A DNA stretch of 64,000 nucleotides from Lama glama (Eukaryota): positions 24,368,001-24,432,000 of the forward strand of contig CM052817.1 in NCBI GenBank assembly GCA_028534125.1. The letters are read 5' to 3'. Shown here one piece after another: positions 26,099 to 38,965 of this stretch (its first letter is position 1; the number at the start of each line of letters is the position of its first letter). The position numbers were made by a program, and so were the translations under genes. The notes beneath the pieces are model-generated. The model had not been told where the DNA came from and searched no databases. It worked only from the letters and a program-made list of their open reading frames with translations.

Positions 26099-26311
26099 AT
26101 AGATAAAGGCCACGATAACCTTGTCCCCTGAATAAAAATTCTATAAACTAGGAAAGAGGGAGGAGTTGCCAAGGGAATTGGATGTAATTGGAATTACAGA
26201 CCCACAATTTACATAAACTTTTGTGAAGCTCCTCAACTGCTTCTGGACTTGAGGGTTGAGGGTAAGACACAAAATCCTTATCAGGGACACACTGAGATAT
26301 GTTTTTCCCTT
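26099..26311. repeat. Local duplication copy 2 (A direct, B inverted)
   Basis: 4 mismatches in the first 75 bp versus 24117-24191; following ~124 bp are ~90% identical (by eye) to the reverse complement of 24203-24325. Confidence 0.95.
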
Positions 26312-26457
26312 GCTTCCAGGCACATAAGATTACAACACTTATTCAAGACACATAGGATCTCCATAAAGTGCAGGACAACAAAACAAGCACATTTAAAGCA
26401 CTTATAGTATGAAGGGGAAAAACGCATTTATATGTGTTTGTGTATATATATGAAATA

Positions 26458-27266
26458 TAGTAAATTCTTCTTATTCGTGGTAATTATGTTTTAGGAACTC
26501 ACTATGAACTGTGAATAAGAGAATTGCTTCCAGAGGAGATAAAGGTTAGGTTCCCGTAAGCTTCTGGTCACAACATTGTCATCAACTGATCAACACATAA
26601 CCTTGCTTTATGTATATTTCTGTTTAAAGACTCCTTTTTAAATATATAATCATCCCTTGGTACCTGCAGGGGATTGGTTCCAGGACCTGGCAGGGATACC
26701 AAAATCTAAGGATGCTCTAAACCCATAGTTGGCTCTCCGTATCCACAGTTCTACATCCACAGAACCAACCAACCAGGGATCTCGTAGTACTGTAGTATTT
26801 ATTATGGAAAAAAACCTGTATATAATGTACTCATGCATTTCAAACCCATGTTGTTCAAGGGTTATCTGTATTGCTACGTCAATAATATTGAACTCACAAC
26901 AGCACAGTACCTTTATCTGAACAAAGCTTATTAAATGCAGGTATTTTCCCCATTAGGCCTATCATAGCCTTCTTGCACTTAGAAACACTAAGCAGCACTT
27001 CAGCACTGTATTTGGGGACCATTTTAAAGAGCAAGATCACCAACAGGAAAGACAGAAAAATACTAAAAATGTGGTACTAAATAGACCACACAAAAAGAAT
27101 GCTTGTTTTCAGTATGAGAGCTGAAATAAGAAGGCAGAATATCACCTTATTCAGCCTCAACTGGGAACACACAAATCAGACAATTCAAATTTAGGGGGTT
27201 ACAAATAAATTTTAGTGAGAAGGCAAGTTTGCAAGTAGAAAATTTGTGAATAATGAGGATCAACTA
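26458..27266 (-). mobile_element. TcMar-Tigger MITE, MER82-like
   Basis: Right end ggggttacaaataaattttagtgagaaggcaagtttgcaag...tgaataatgaggatcaacta is the reverse complement of the recalled MER82 start; TA on both flanks. Confidence 0.8.
26647..26868 (+). mobile_element. Tigger-derived MITE (MER8/Tigger2a-like) nested in the MER82-like element
   Basis: catcccttggtacctgcaggggattggttccaggacc...ttcaaacccatgttgttcaagggttatctg; TA on both sides. Confidence 0.82.
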
Positions 27267-27429
27267 TATTTGAGACTCATAGCTGTTAGTGGATGCAAAC
27301 TAGGAAGGTGATTTTTTCTTCATTAATGAGAGAATGAACTGTTGAAAAATTTTCTTCATTCCTATTTGTATTCAGACTTAGGAGTGCTCCAAATGTTTGT
27401 AGCAATCTACATGTTGTCTATCACAGAAC

Positions 27430-27870
27430 ATTGCAGAAAGCTTCTCTGGAAACAGACTCCGAGGTAGTGATTTGCATGCACAAGATGTACCAGGAAATGA
27501 TTCTGGGATCAACCCCTGTGGGGAAATGAGGGCACTGGGGTGAGAAAGGACACACTTACCTGAGGTGAAGTCACAGGGACCCCACAGGGGCAGGAAAGCA
27601 GGTAGAGGATGCTGGAGCTAGAACGGCCCTCAGAGTTGTCCCACAGAGCAGCTGGGGTTTCGCGACTACTCCTATGACAAGTCAGTAGATGCAGGCTGTC
27701 CCTCACAAAGAGCTGTGATGTTAGGTGTGGTAGTTCCCTTCAGCAGATGGCAATTCCTAAAGAGAGACCTAGCTGTATGAAGTCGCAATCACCGTCAGCA
27801 TTCCCAGCAGTGGGAGGTGTGGATGCCTGAGTCACGCAGGGAGAATGTGGGCAGTATACCCCAACACCTG
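27430..27870 (-). mobile_element. ERVL LTR (LTR16-like)
   Basis: aaacagactccgagg...tttgcatgca...gggatcaacccctgtg...ggccctcagagttgtccc. Confidence 0.65.
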
Positions 27871-27955
27871 CAAAACTGTGCCAAGCACAACAGGGCATTT
27901 CTAGTGACTTAGTTCAGGACAGTCTCAATGATGTTTAACAAAGAGATAGAACTAC

Positions 27956-28448
27956 TGGTAGTGACAGAATAATGGCCTCCCCCACAAAGATGTCCATTCC
28001 CTAATCCCCAGAACTTGTGATTATGTTACTTTACATGGCAAATGGGATTTTGCATATGCGATTATAAAGAAGGGAATGGTTATCTTGGAGAGTACAGGTA
28101 TGTCCAGTGTAACCACATGAATCCCTTAAAGTGGAGAACCTTTCCAGGCTGCCCAGAACTGGAGATACGGCAGTATGAGAAGGCCTCCATCTGGTGTTGC
28201 TGACTTTGAAAATGAAAGGAGAGGGCCATGAGCCACGGAATGTGGGCGGCCTCTAGAAGCTGAAAAAGGCGGGAAAAAAAAAAAAGGATTGTGCCCTAGA
28301 GCCTCCAGAAAGGTATGCAGCCCTGAATTTTAGCCCAGTGAGACCCATGTTGGACTTTGACATAAAAAACCGTAAGATAATAAATGTGTATTATTTAAGA
28401 CACCACATTTGTGGTAATTTGTTACAGCAGCAATGTAAATGCATACAT
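27956..28448 (+). mobile_element. MaLR LTR MLT1D-like
   Basis: cagaataatggcctcccc...gagccacggaatgtgggcggcctctagaagctg...ttgtggtaatttgttacagcagcaat. Confidence 0.88.
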
Positions 28449-28889
28449 GAGCTATCAAAATTTATTTAGTGATCATTTACTCCCAGGCTGAGAGAAAAGG
28501 GAGGCACCCCAGTGCACCAAGCTGCAGAGTGAAGGTGCAGGGACTTCCCAGCAAGCTGTGGAAGTCATCCTGGGAGCTGGCCACTTTTCAGGTGATCTCT
28601 TTTTTTTTTTTTCACTATTGCATCTCAGTATGCTTCTGGAGCCATTTATTTCCTTTATTTTTCTCTCCCTAAACTACTCATTACTGAATCTCACACCTGC
28701 ATAGCCATTATCTGTTAATTTGCTAGCAGCAAAACCTTGTGTGACTCACAATGGGGCATCCTGGCCCTGCCTAACAGCTGTCCCTTCAGGAAGTCAGGAG
28801 AGCCATCTTTCCTGTTGTTCTTCATGCCATTAGCCTTCCCTGAAAGGGAACAACTCCCAAAGTCCATGCTAAAATACTGAAGTGCAATT

Positions 28890-29600
28890 CTGTTACTTGC
28901 CCAGGAATGTGCCTACCTACTCTATGTCTCAACTTGTATTTAATGATGGAAGTAGAACAGTGTACAAGAAAGACACAGTCCTTACCTCCAAAGAACTTAG
29001 TGAGAGGTATAGACAGGAGTTTAATATAGCTTGTATGTTCTTTGATAGAGAAATGCAGGCTTCTAATGACCATGCTGGAGAATTGGATAATTGCTTATCA
29101 GTCAGGGAGGGTTTCTCTGGCGAAGTGTCACTGAAATTGAGGCTTGGAGAATGTATAGAAAATAGCTAGACAAGTGGGGTAATAAAAAAAAGAGTGTTTC
29201 AGGCAGATAGAACATGAAAAAGTGCAGAGGAAATAGTGAAAAATCACCAATGTTTATTGAATGTTGTGCTGAGACCTGTGCTAAGTGCTTTACATACATG
29301 ATTTCACCTCATTTTCACAACAACCCAGTGAGGTACACACTATTATTAATTCCATTTTCCATATAGGAAAACTGAGGAACAGTGAGTTTATGGATCTTGC
29401 GATGATACAGCATATAAGTAGTTGAATATACACTTGAGCCCAAATAATCTGGCCATAGAATCCTCATGTTTAATCAGTATTTTGCACTATTACTGTTGGA
29501 GTCCTGAGCAAAAGACACCATGGCTCATTGCAAGAACTGAAGTAAGTTCCATATGCTTGGGGCTGAGAATGGTGGAGGCAGGGAATTGGATTCAGTAATG
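28890..29600 (-). mobile_element. L2 fragment interrupted by a MIR (~29235-29490)
   Basis: agtcagggagggtttctctgg...tcaggcagatagaaca; internal MIR ccattttccatataggaaaactgagg. Confidence 0.65.
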
Positions 29601-29767
29601 GCAGGAAATGAAGCAGAAGTTTTCATTTATGGCAGATAATCGTATTTGTCCAGTACTCAAGATTTCATCAATGTTTGATGAGGATTTGGAAGCTGTGGGA
29701 TTCAGTGGGAAGGGCATAGATTTTGGTATCAGCCTTGAGATCCAACCCTCCCTCTTCTGCTTAGTAG

Positions 29768-30192
29768 TAATGCCATTTACAGCAACATGGATGGACCTAG
29801 AGATTATCATAATAAGTGAAATAAGTCAGACAGAGAAAGACAGATAACATAGGATATCACTTATATGTGGAATCTAAAATATGATACAAATGAGCTTATT
29901 TACAAAGCAGAAACAGGCTCACAGACATAGAAAACAAACTTCGGGTCATCAAAGGGGAAAAGTGGGGGAGGGATAAATTGGGAGTTTGGGATTAACAGAT
30001 ACACATTACTGTATATGAAATAGATAAAGAACAAAGACCTACTATATAGCACATGGAACTGTATTTAATATCTTATAATAACCTATAATGGAAAAGAATC
30101 TTTAAAAGAATATATATATATATGAATCACTTTGCTGTATACCTGAAACTAACACAGCATTGTTTATCAACTATACTCCAATAAAAAAAAAG
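29768..30192 (+). mobile_element. Cetartiodactyl L1 3' end (L1_Art-like) splitting a MIR
   Basis: aatgccatttacagcaacatggatggacctagagattatcata...aatcactttgctgtatacctgaaactaacac...caataaaaaaaaa; MIR halves at ~29680-29767 and ~30225-30380. Confidence 0.9.
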
Positions 30193-30771
30193 ATTCACTC
30201 CCCCCAAAAAAACCCACAAAAACCAATTTAACTTAAGAACATTCTTTAAGCTCTCTGTACATTTTCTTCTGTGCTCCTATCTGTGCCTTGGAGATTAAAA
30301 TAACAAAGAGTTGTTGTGAGGATTTCATGGTGTAGAACCTAAGCGTCTAGCATATAGTCAGTAGAAGCCCAAATGTTCAGTTTTTTCCCTCCCCTATGGA
30401 GGGACAGGGCAGACTATATGAATGTCTCTGCATGATTCAGCCAACACAGAGCAAGAACATGAACAAAAGTGGATGCTGACCCACAAATTTTAAAATATTG
30501 CACTGGACTTGAATTTCAAACCTCAAATTTCATTGAGCCAAAATTTAAACACCAAGGGAAGTGTGGTATGGAGGGAGGCCAATGTATTAGAATTCAGGAA
30601 ATGTGTGCTCAACTGTCTGCTCTACTGCAAGTAACTGTGGGACCCACTTCTTATCTGAAATAAAAGCAGGTTGAACCTGATGCCCTCTGTGTACTACTCA
30701 GAACTAGCTTCAAACAGGACTAGAAAAATCAAATTGATCTCTGAATTAAGCTAGGATTTGCAGGTTAAATT

Positions 30772-30855
30772 AAGAAAGGAAGGAAGGAAGGAAGGAGGGA
30801 AGGGAGGGAGGGAGAGAGAAAGAAAAGAAAGAAAGGAAGGAAGGAAGGAAGAAAG

Positions 30856-30949
<94 letters not shown>

Positions 30950-31086
30950 GAAGGAAGAAAGGAAGAAAGGAAGAAAGGAAGAAAGGAAGAAAGAAAGGAA
31001 AGGAAGAAAGGAAGAAAGGAAGAAAGGAAGAGAAAGAAAGGAAGGAAGGAAGGAAGGAAGAAAGGAAGGAAGGAGGGAAGAAAGAA
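30772..31086. repeat. Compound (GGAA)n/(GAAA)n/(GGAAGAAA)n microsatellite, 315 bp with only purines on the + strand
   Basis: No C or T between 30772 and 31086. Confidence 0.97.
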
Positions 31087-31169
31087 TTTAAATACTTTTT
31101 AAACAAATCAAAAAAGAAATTTATAACAGATATAAGCTTCTTGGGAGCCACATAGAAAGTATGCAGGAA

Positions 31170-31335
31170 GATAAGATGTAGGAGCTTTGATGTGAGAGAG
31201 ACGTACATCCTAATTTGCTCTCTATGGTTTGCTGAATTTATCATCCAAAGTAAATCATTACCTCTTTAAATTTGTTTCTTCATCTATAAAATGAAAATGC
31301 TAACGTTCCTTCATAGAGTTGTGTTCAAGGAAGAA
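31170..31335 (+). mobile_element. MIR SINE
   Basis: ttacctctttaaatttgtttcttcatctataaaatgaaaat...cttcatagagttgtg. Confidence 0.6.
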
Positions 31336-31579
31336 AAAAATCCATTTATCACCTTTCTCCGAGAAACATTAAACACTCCTTCTTTTTTGCTTAGAGTCTA
31401 CACTGTGCATCATCAGAGCATGTATCCAGCTGTCTCCTATGTGAGGGTTTTTTTCTATTTTGATCTCTATGAAGAGGCTGTCATAGTCACATTTTTGTCT
31501 AAATAGGGCCTTGAATAGTGCCCAGCACATAGTAGTTTTTCAATGAATGTAGGCTGTTCAAATTAATAAGGAAAAGAAA

Positions 31580-31960
31580 ATTAAAACAATGAGATTGAAT
31601 TTTTAATCTAGTAGATTAGTGAAGATATTTAAAGACATACTAATGCAGACAAATGAACATGAACGGAAACAACCTTCCTTGAAATCAATTTAGTAATGTT
31701 TCCAGAGTCTTAAAACCTCTGTACTCTTCAGTTCAGTAATTCCAGTCTTAGGAATCCATGTAACGGAAATAGTAAGATATTTGCCATGTAAAAAAAGCAA
31801 TGCATGGGAAAAAAAAGCGTGTAAGTAAATACACCAAAATACTATTTAGTGACCATTTCTAAGTGGAGAACTTAAAGCTGATTTTAATTTTCCACTGTAT
31901 ACTTTTCTGTCTTTTCCAAAATTTATTTAGTGATCATTTAAAAATTTTATAGCAAGATTA
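31580..31960 (+). mobile_element. Old L1ME 3' fragment
   Basis: aaaacaatgagat...cagtaattccagtcttaggaatc...aaatacaccaaaat...tgtatacttttctg. Confidence 0.55.
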
Positions 31961-33759
31961 TATAGTACTTTTATAGTTATATGCGAGATCTTTGAAAGTT
32001 TACATATATACTCCTAAATATATTAAAAACCATTATTAATGATCTTCAAATTCCTAAGCTTCTTTTATTTACCTCCAAAACCGTTGTGGCATCTTGCATG
32101 TTGTAGGTACCCTATAAATTATATATATGTAATTTCACATGAGTGCATCTATTTGGGTCCTTAATTTATCTTTCTTCTCTAAATTTAGAAGTGTCACTTG
32201 TATTTTTCTTCTGGTCATTCAATTTCCGAAGACATGCAAATGTCAGCAGATTTATTTTTCTCCAAAACAGGTTAATGCTCCAGTTAACTGCTGTCCAGAT
32301 AGTTTTTATTAAAAAGTAGCCCAGTTCTCCCTGTGAGATTTCATCATCACATGCTAGGAGGAACTGAGAAGTTAACTAGGCTACAAGGATTGGTTGGAGC
32401 GTCTGATCATTGCTGCGTTATTGCTGAGGCAGACACAAAAGAAGTTCTTAAAAAAATAAATCATTACGATGGCTCTTCTTTACTGATGGAGTTCCTTTAT
32501 ATAATAAATTATGTTTGTAAATCCTTTTTTTGGTAAAAAGGCCATTGTTTACTTGACCAAATTTATTTTTACTGAGTGAAGATTTCAGTCTTTCAATAGA
32601 ATTAACGATTATTGCCATTTTTAATGTGTTCTACTGTCTGCTCGACTGCAGGTGACTGTGGCACCCTCTTCTCTGAGCTTGAGATTAACAGACATGTTTT
32701 AAAAATTCTTCCCTGACACTTCAAGGTCTCCTCCTAGAGTTTGTTACATCAAGTACCCATCTTCTCATATTTCTATGAGATTCCAGTATATTCTTACTCT
32801 TCTCAGACCACCACATAATTAAGTCTCTGCTCCCACAACAAAAATCTTTCCTTCTCTATAATTCTTTTGAGCTCTGATTCTGTTTCTCTCATTCCCTGAA
32901 GTATTAATGTCTTTAAAAGGTAGTTCACACTCAACTGAATAAATTTAACATTTTTAACCTATTGCTTACTCCAACTTCTGATTTCTACCCTTGCTACACT
33001 ACTGAAAATGTTTTCTTGGACATCTCCCATCAATTCTTATAACCTAAGCAAGGTCTCTTTTCCACTCTCCAACTTATTCTACTTCTCTATGCTTTTAACG
33101 TTGCTTGCTACTCTATCTTATTTGAAACTCACCTCTTTTCACTCAGATGCTTGGAAGGGTAGGATGTCAGTGACGAAGGAACTGGGATTTCACCCTTCTT
33201 CCAAAATTCTCTATCAGTGGGAAGCAGTAGTTTGAAAGTGCATTTACTTTTGTAAAATACTCACACAAGTTACACATAAGAATGTTTTTTGGGTAATGTA
33301 AAAAAAAAGAAAATAGAACATGTATACCTAAAAGTCTGTCTTCATACCCTGCCCCCTACACCAACCCATCCCACTCCTCCTCACTTAGTTAAATAACCTG
33401 GTGATTATTGTCCCAATGCTTTTTCTGTGTATCCATAGTAATACACTGGTATGTATATAGAAATAAGCATTTTACAAACATAAATGATATATACATAGAT
33501 TTTGGCAACAAATGAGCTTATGTGTCTATTTTTCTTAAACCTGTGTATTGCTTTAAAGCTAAAAGGAAGAGCTACTAAGGATAGAAAGAATAGCATGAAA
33601 AGTGGGGAGACTCAAAGATGGACAGATGGCTTGGTTTGTGCTTAAAATATCTTATAAATACATAGGCATATTTCATTCCCATGCCACATAAAGCTTCTTA
33701 AATTTAGCAATGGGAGATTAAGTGCAGAATTTGGGGTTTTGATTCCTTTTTAAATAGTC

Positions 33760-34960
33760 TTTTTGTTGCTAATGTTGAAAATGAAAACACAGCTTAATTG
33801 AGAGGTATCAATTAAATTCAGTTTCAGTTTTTATTAGGCACTTGAAAAAGAGGACTTATTTCTATAAGACTTTAATAGTAGGCTTTCATTTTCAGGAAGT
33901 GTGAAGTTGAAAAGAGTTGCAGTCAAGGAACAGAAAGAGAACATCTTAATTTTAGTACACTTCTTTTCACATTCTGGCTGTGCCGCCCAAGGTGACTGCA
34001 TTTCACAGCCTACTCACATGCTGTAAATATCTTTGCATGTGGTCAGTCTCATCCTCGCACTGTAGTAACATGCCTTAAACACAGCACTAAAAGCTTTGAA
34101 CAAGATGGCATCTATGTATAATGAGGTTTACTCGTTTTCTAGAAAAATGAAACGGCTTTTGAAGTGACTCTATTTGTACTACGTAAGAGAGGATTTCAGT
34201 GTTCAAGTTAAAAAGAAACTTGGGTTGAAAAGACTTTAGGGGATTTTTCTATGAACTAAATGATTAGAGATTCGTATTTCATCAAGCACTTTGTTGAAAA
34301 AGGGAATGGTTATATAGAGGAGCAGATATTAGAAAGGGCAGGGGATTTAGAGATAAGGATAAGAAACATGGTATTAATATGGATATAGTAGTTACAAACA
34401 CTGGAATTAGAATTAATTATGTTACATTGAAAGAAATTAACAATGATCATTAGCTATTACCTGTAGAGATTAAAAAATTTTACACAAAAAAAGATACAAA
34501 AGTGAAAAATACTTTAGAACTTAAGGACCATTAAACAAGAGATAAAGAATGCATTAATACACATTTAATGACGGATTGAGGAAATTGGTATCTTTTCATA
34601 AGGGCTTGAAAACTTACGATAGCCCAAGCCTTAGATGCATGTGGTGAAAAAATTACTTAAGCAAGATAGCAATGATTGATATTTTTCTCTCATTTATTCC
34701 TATAAATGTGGCTAAAATGACCTTAGTAATTGATAACCTCAAGATTGGTGATTGTCATTTTAATCATTAATGTTGATCATCATACATACTAGGAGCATTA
34801 AAGAAATGTGGCAAACAGTTGATTTGAGTTTTAATGATGTGTTGCTTGCAAGGTTCTTCAAGGCAAATGCTGAAGGGCTATTTATTTCTTTTCAACTAAG
34901 GCCCCACCTGCTGCCTGCCATACTAACATGAATTCTTAATCTGAACAGATGGGCTTTCCA
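33760..34960 (+). mobile_element. Highly decayed hAT (Charlie-type) transposase remnant, catalytic region
   Basis: Ordered cross-frame peptides SVFIRHL, MYNEVYSF, DSICTT, FHQALC*K, MDIVVT..INYV, AKMTLVIDNLKIGDCHF, LARFFK resemble conserved Charlie blocks; judged by eye. Confidence 0.45.
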
Positions 34961-36277
34961 CAGGTGTGGTTACCAAAAAAAAAAAAAAAAGAAAAAAGGA
35001 TATGACCCACATTTATTTTCTTTAAAATAAAAAGCAACATATTATTAAAAGCAAGATTCATTTTGCTTTTGCATTTATTGATCATTTAGAGAACATTTTT
35101 GAATAAATTAAAATATGTAAGTATGGGCAGACCTCTCTTGAAACCTTGGATTCTACCCTTACCTTGTCCCACCCACTCTCACCCAACACTCTTACTACAG
35201 CAGTCTTGGGCCCTATGCAGCTGAGTGGTATGCTTAAATACTCCTCCAGGAAATTTCAATATGATTTCATCCCATCAGCAAAACCAAAGAAAACTACTGC
35301 ATCAGTGCTTCTGTAAAGTGTAATTGAAAAGAGAAATCAAAACTCTTCAGTTTATGATCTTGATCCAGTTCAGTCACCATCATATTGATTTTTTTTTACC
35401 CTTCTAAAACTAGAAACCTTCTTTCCAGGGGTGACCTCTTCCTTGTTTTAGGAACCTTTATAGGCACTGATATTGATCCTGTTATTTCTTTAATCCTCTT
35501 CTCTTGGCCACTCAAGTGGTCACATGATCCTGTTTAATCAGCTTATCCTATCCCTCTAACCACAGTAACTCAAAATGAGCCAGGGAGAGCACTTGGCCAA
35601 GATTTTTTACCAGAACCTCAAAGGAGAGGTCAAGTTTTACTTTTTCTATTGAGGATGTAAAGCTAGTAAGATATGTCTTGAGCTAAGCATCCTTCATACC
35701 TGCTATATTCTGAATCCAAACATTCCAGTATTTTCAGTTATGTTTATGCTGGCTTGAGTTGAGTTTCCATCACTGGCAAATGAGCAGGCCCAACAAACAC
35801 ATCACACTATATTGGGTAATGGGTTAAATTCTTTGACTTATTTTCTTCACCTATAAAAGTTGGATAATGGCATCTACCATGCCCATATACCAGGGAAATA
35901 ATGATAAGATCTGATGTTTAAGATGCAAAGCATTTATTATCTTATAATAGGTTTTCCAAATGATATATTTCACATACAACTCTTCAAAATAAATATTTAA
36001 TTGAAACAACAGTAATCCAAGCCAATTATTTAGTAGTATGTAAAAATGTCTTTTGTTATATTTCTTAATTCTTAATGAGTTATTTTGTTGTTGAGGAAAT
36101 ATTGCTCATCAGCAAAGCAAAAACTTCAATTTATTTATAAATCAATAGCTGAAAAAGTAAATAATTCTTTCTTTATTCACTTAACAGTTTAATCATGTAA
36201 TAGTTATACCTTAATAGCTCTTTCTTCCAATACTGAAATTATACTTAAAATTTCTAATTTCTTGATACAATGTGTAT

Positions 36278-37540
36278 CAGTGCCTCTCAAACTTACCAAT
36301 CACCTGTTAAAAATGCAGATTCTGATTCCATAGGTCTGAAATATGTTTTCTTTTTTTTCCTTTACTTTTAATTTTTCAGCTTTATTGAGATATAATTCAT
36401 GTATAACAATGTGTAAAAGTTTGAGGCATACAATGTGATGATTTGATACACCTATTTATTGTGAAATGATTACTATCATATGGTTAGTTCATGCCTTCAT
36501 CACCTCACGTAATTACCTCTGTATATGTCTGTGTAGTGTGTGTTGAGAAAATCATTTAAGATTTACTCTCATTTACTCTGTATTACTGTATATAATACAA
36601 TATTTTTAACTACTGTCACCACACTGTACATTGGATACCAAGAACTTACTCATCTTCTAACTGGAAGTTTGAACCATTTGATAAACATCTTCCCATTTCC
36701 TCCACCCCCAGCCCCTGGCAATCACCACTCTACTCTCTGCTCTTATGAATTTGGTGTTTTTATGTTCCACATATAAGTGAGATCACACAGTATTTGTCTT
36801 TTTCGGTGTTACTTATTTCACTTCGCATAATACCCTCAAGGTCCATCCATGTTCTCATAAATGTCAGGGTCTCCTTTTTAAAGGCTCAGTAATATTCCAT
36901 TGTACAGATATACCACAACTCCTTTATCCATACATCCATCAATAGACAATTAGTTTGTTTCCATGCCCTGGTTATTGTGAATAATCCTTCAATGAACATC
37001 AGGGTGCAGATATCTTTTCGAGATAGTTATTTCATTTCCTGCAGATATATTCCCAACAATGGAACTGCAGGATCATATGGTAGTTCTGTTTTTAATCTTT
37101 TTAGGAAACTCCATATTGTTCTCCATAGTAGCTGTAGCAATTTACATTTCCCCCAGTAGTGCACAAGGGTTCCCTTTCCTACACATCCTCACCAACAATT
37201 ATTATCTCTTTTTTTTTATTTTAATAATAGAGATCCTAAAAGTATGAGGTGCTGTGTCATTTTGGTTTGATTTTCATTTACCTGATGATTAGTGATGCTG
37301 AGCATTTTTCATGTAACTGTTGGAAATTTGCATGTCTTCTTGGGAAAAATATCTACTCAGGACCTCTGCTCATTTTTAATCAGACTGCTTGCTTGTTTGT
37401 TTTGCTATTAAGTCATAAAGTGCCTTATATATTTTAGATATTAACTCATTATGAGATAGATAGTTTGTAAGTATTTCTCACAAGCTCCAGGTGAAAGATG
37501 TATCTGGGCTGCAAACCAACTTTGAGCATCAAAGGACTAG
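36278..37540. mobile_element. MER5A-like hAT MITE split by an L1 (pieces ~36278-36345 and ~37475-37540)
   Basis: cagtgcctctcaaactt...aaaaatgcagattctgattccataggtctg | caagctccaggtga...actttgag. Confidence 0.65.
36352..37475 (-). mobile_element. L1MA9-like 3' ~1.1 kb
   Basis: T tail, ctttattgagatataatt..., ccagcccctggcaatcaccactctactctctgc, gtgagatcacacagtatttgtcttt. Confidence 0.88.
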
Positions 37541-38546
37541 AACAAAACCCTCCAAACAATATAAACACAAGCCAAATGAGTTAGGAGTTGAAAGATTTAA
37601 GACAGTATAGTCTGAATTTTCTAATAAAAAAAACCTATGTGAGTATGACAAATCCTGGCTTTCATTTTCTCATCTAAGATGAAAATATTGAAATGTATTA
37701 TAAAATAAACATAGAAACACAGAGGTACTTAGTAAATTATTGATTGACCGCCATTGAAAAATACCGTAGGATACGTGTGTTAGGATTTTTAAGGATCTGT
37801 TATTCTAAGTGGAAAGAATATATATTTTTTAGTAGGTAACTGTAATAGAGTTCCAGATTTATATTCAGTCTCTATTTTCAGATAATAGTCAATTTGACAA
37901 ATATATGAATAGCATCCTGTAATTTTCAATAAAAAATTGAGCCTATAACTAAATGTGTTCACAGTTGACTGGCCTAGAGTTCATACTGAAAAGACAGGTT
38001 GAAATGGTAGGTGACTAATGAAACACATTTCTGACTGACTTCAAGACAACATACACTGGAATATGATTGTCAGTTAAGGTGGCTTCTTAAAAGCAGCCTG
38101 CACTGGAATGGTATGCAAATTTCTTTTCTATCCTTTGCAGCACCCCTGTAGAATAGTAAACATATCATTTTAATATAAAATAGGTATCTCAGTTCAAAAG
38201 TTGTAGGATATAGGCAACCTTATAAAAGCCAGAAGACATTGAATTATGCTGAGAGGCAACATTATTACACCAAGAAATGCACGAAATTCATCAAAATCCA
38301 GCCATAAAATTTCAGCTAAGAAGTATTACTTCTTAGCATAAAAATTGTTGACATTCTATGCTTAAGAGACTTTTAAAGTGAGAGTAATTTAGTGTATCCC
38401 GATAATGTTGGAGTGATCGATGGATGGAGTTTTCTTGTTCTAAGGTAGAATAACAACTGTTTAGTTGAATTGTTGATTAATTAATTTGAGCCAGCCTTAA
38501 GGATATGCCTGAGAAACAGAAATAATAAGATCTCATTTTTCAGGGT

Positions 38547-38646
38547 NNNNNNNNNNNNNNNNNNNNNNNNNNNNNNNNNNNNNNNNNNNNNNNNNNNNNN
38601 NNNNNNNNNNNNNNNNNNNNNNNNNNNNNNNNNNNNNNNNNNNNNN
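38547..38646. other. Assembly gap (100 N)
   Basis: Run of N adjacent to a young L1. Confidence 1.
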
Positions 38647-38965
38647 TTTTTTTTTTTCAGATTCTACATATGAGCAATCTCATATGGTATTTTTCTTTCT
38701 CTTTCTGGCTTACTTCACTTAGAATGACATTCTCCAGGGACATCCATGTTGCTGCAAATGGCATTAGGTTGTCATTTTTATGGCTGAATAGTATTCCATT
38801 GTATAAATATACCACATCTTCTTTGTCCAGTCATTTGTTGATGGACATTTAGGCTGTTTCCATGTCTTGGCTATTGTAAATAGTGCTGCTATGAACATTG
38901 GGGTGCAGGTGTCTTTTTGAAGTAGGGTTCCTTCTGGATATATGCCCAGGAGTGGGATTACTGGG
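38647..38965 (-). mobile_element. Young camelid L1 fragment (ORF2 end / 3'UTR start)
   Basis: Low-divergence tatggtatttttctttctctttctggcttacttcacttagaatgaca...atatgcccaggagtgggatt; nearly the reverse complement of 42960-43260. Confidence 0.9.

Noticed and set aside
24117..26311. CRISPR-like or recombinase-invertible system interpretation of the repeats
   Set aside because: Mammalian context, only two copies, no spacer array and no recombinase gene; a mutational origin is more parsimonious.
30758..31244. 114-aa K/E/R-rich and 159-aa F/L/S-rich ORFs
   Set aside because: Translations of the GAAA/GGAA microsatellite.
34250..34700. Long stop-poor frame considered as an endogenous bornavirus or parvovirus element
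   Set aside because: No RdRp or NS1 motifs recognised; ordered hAT-like motifs explain it better.
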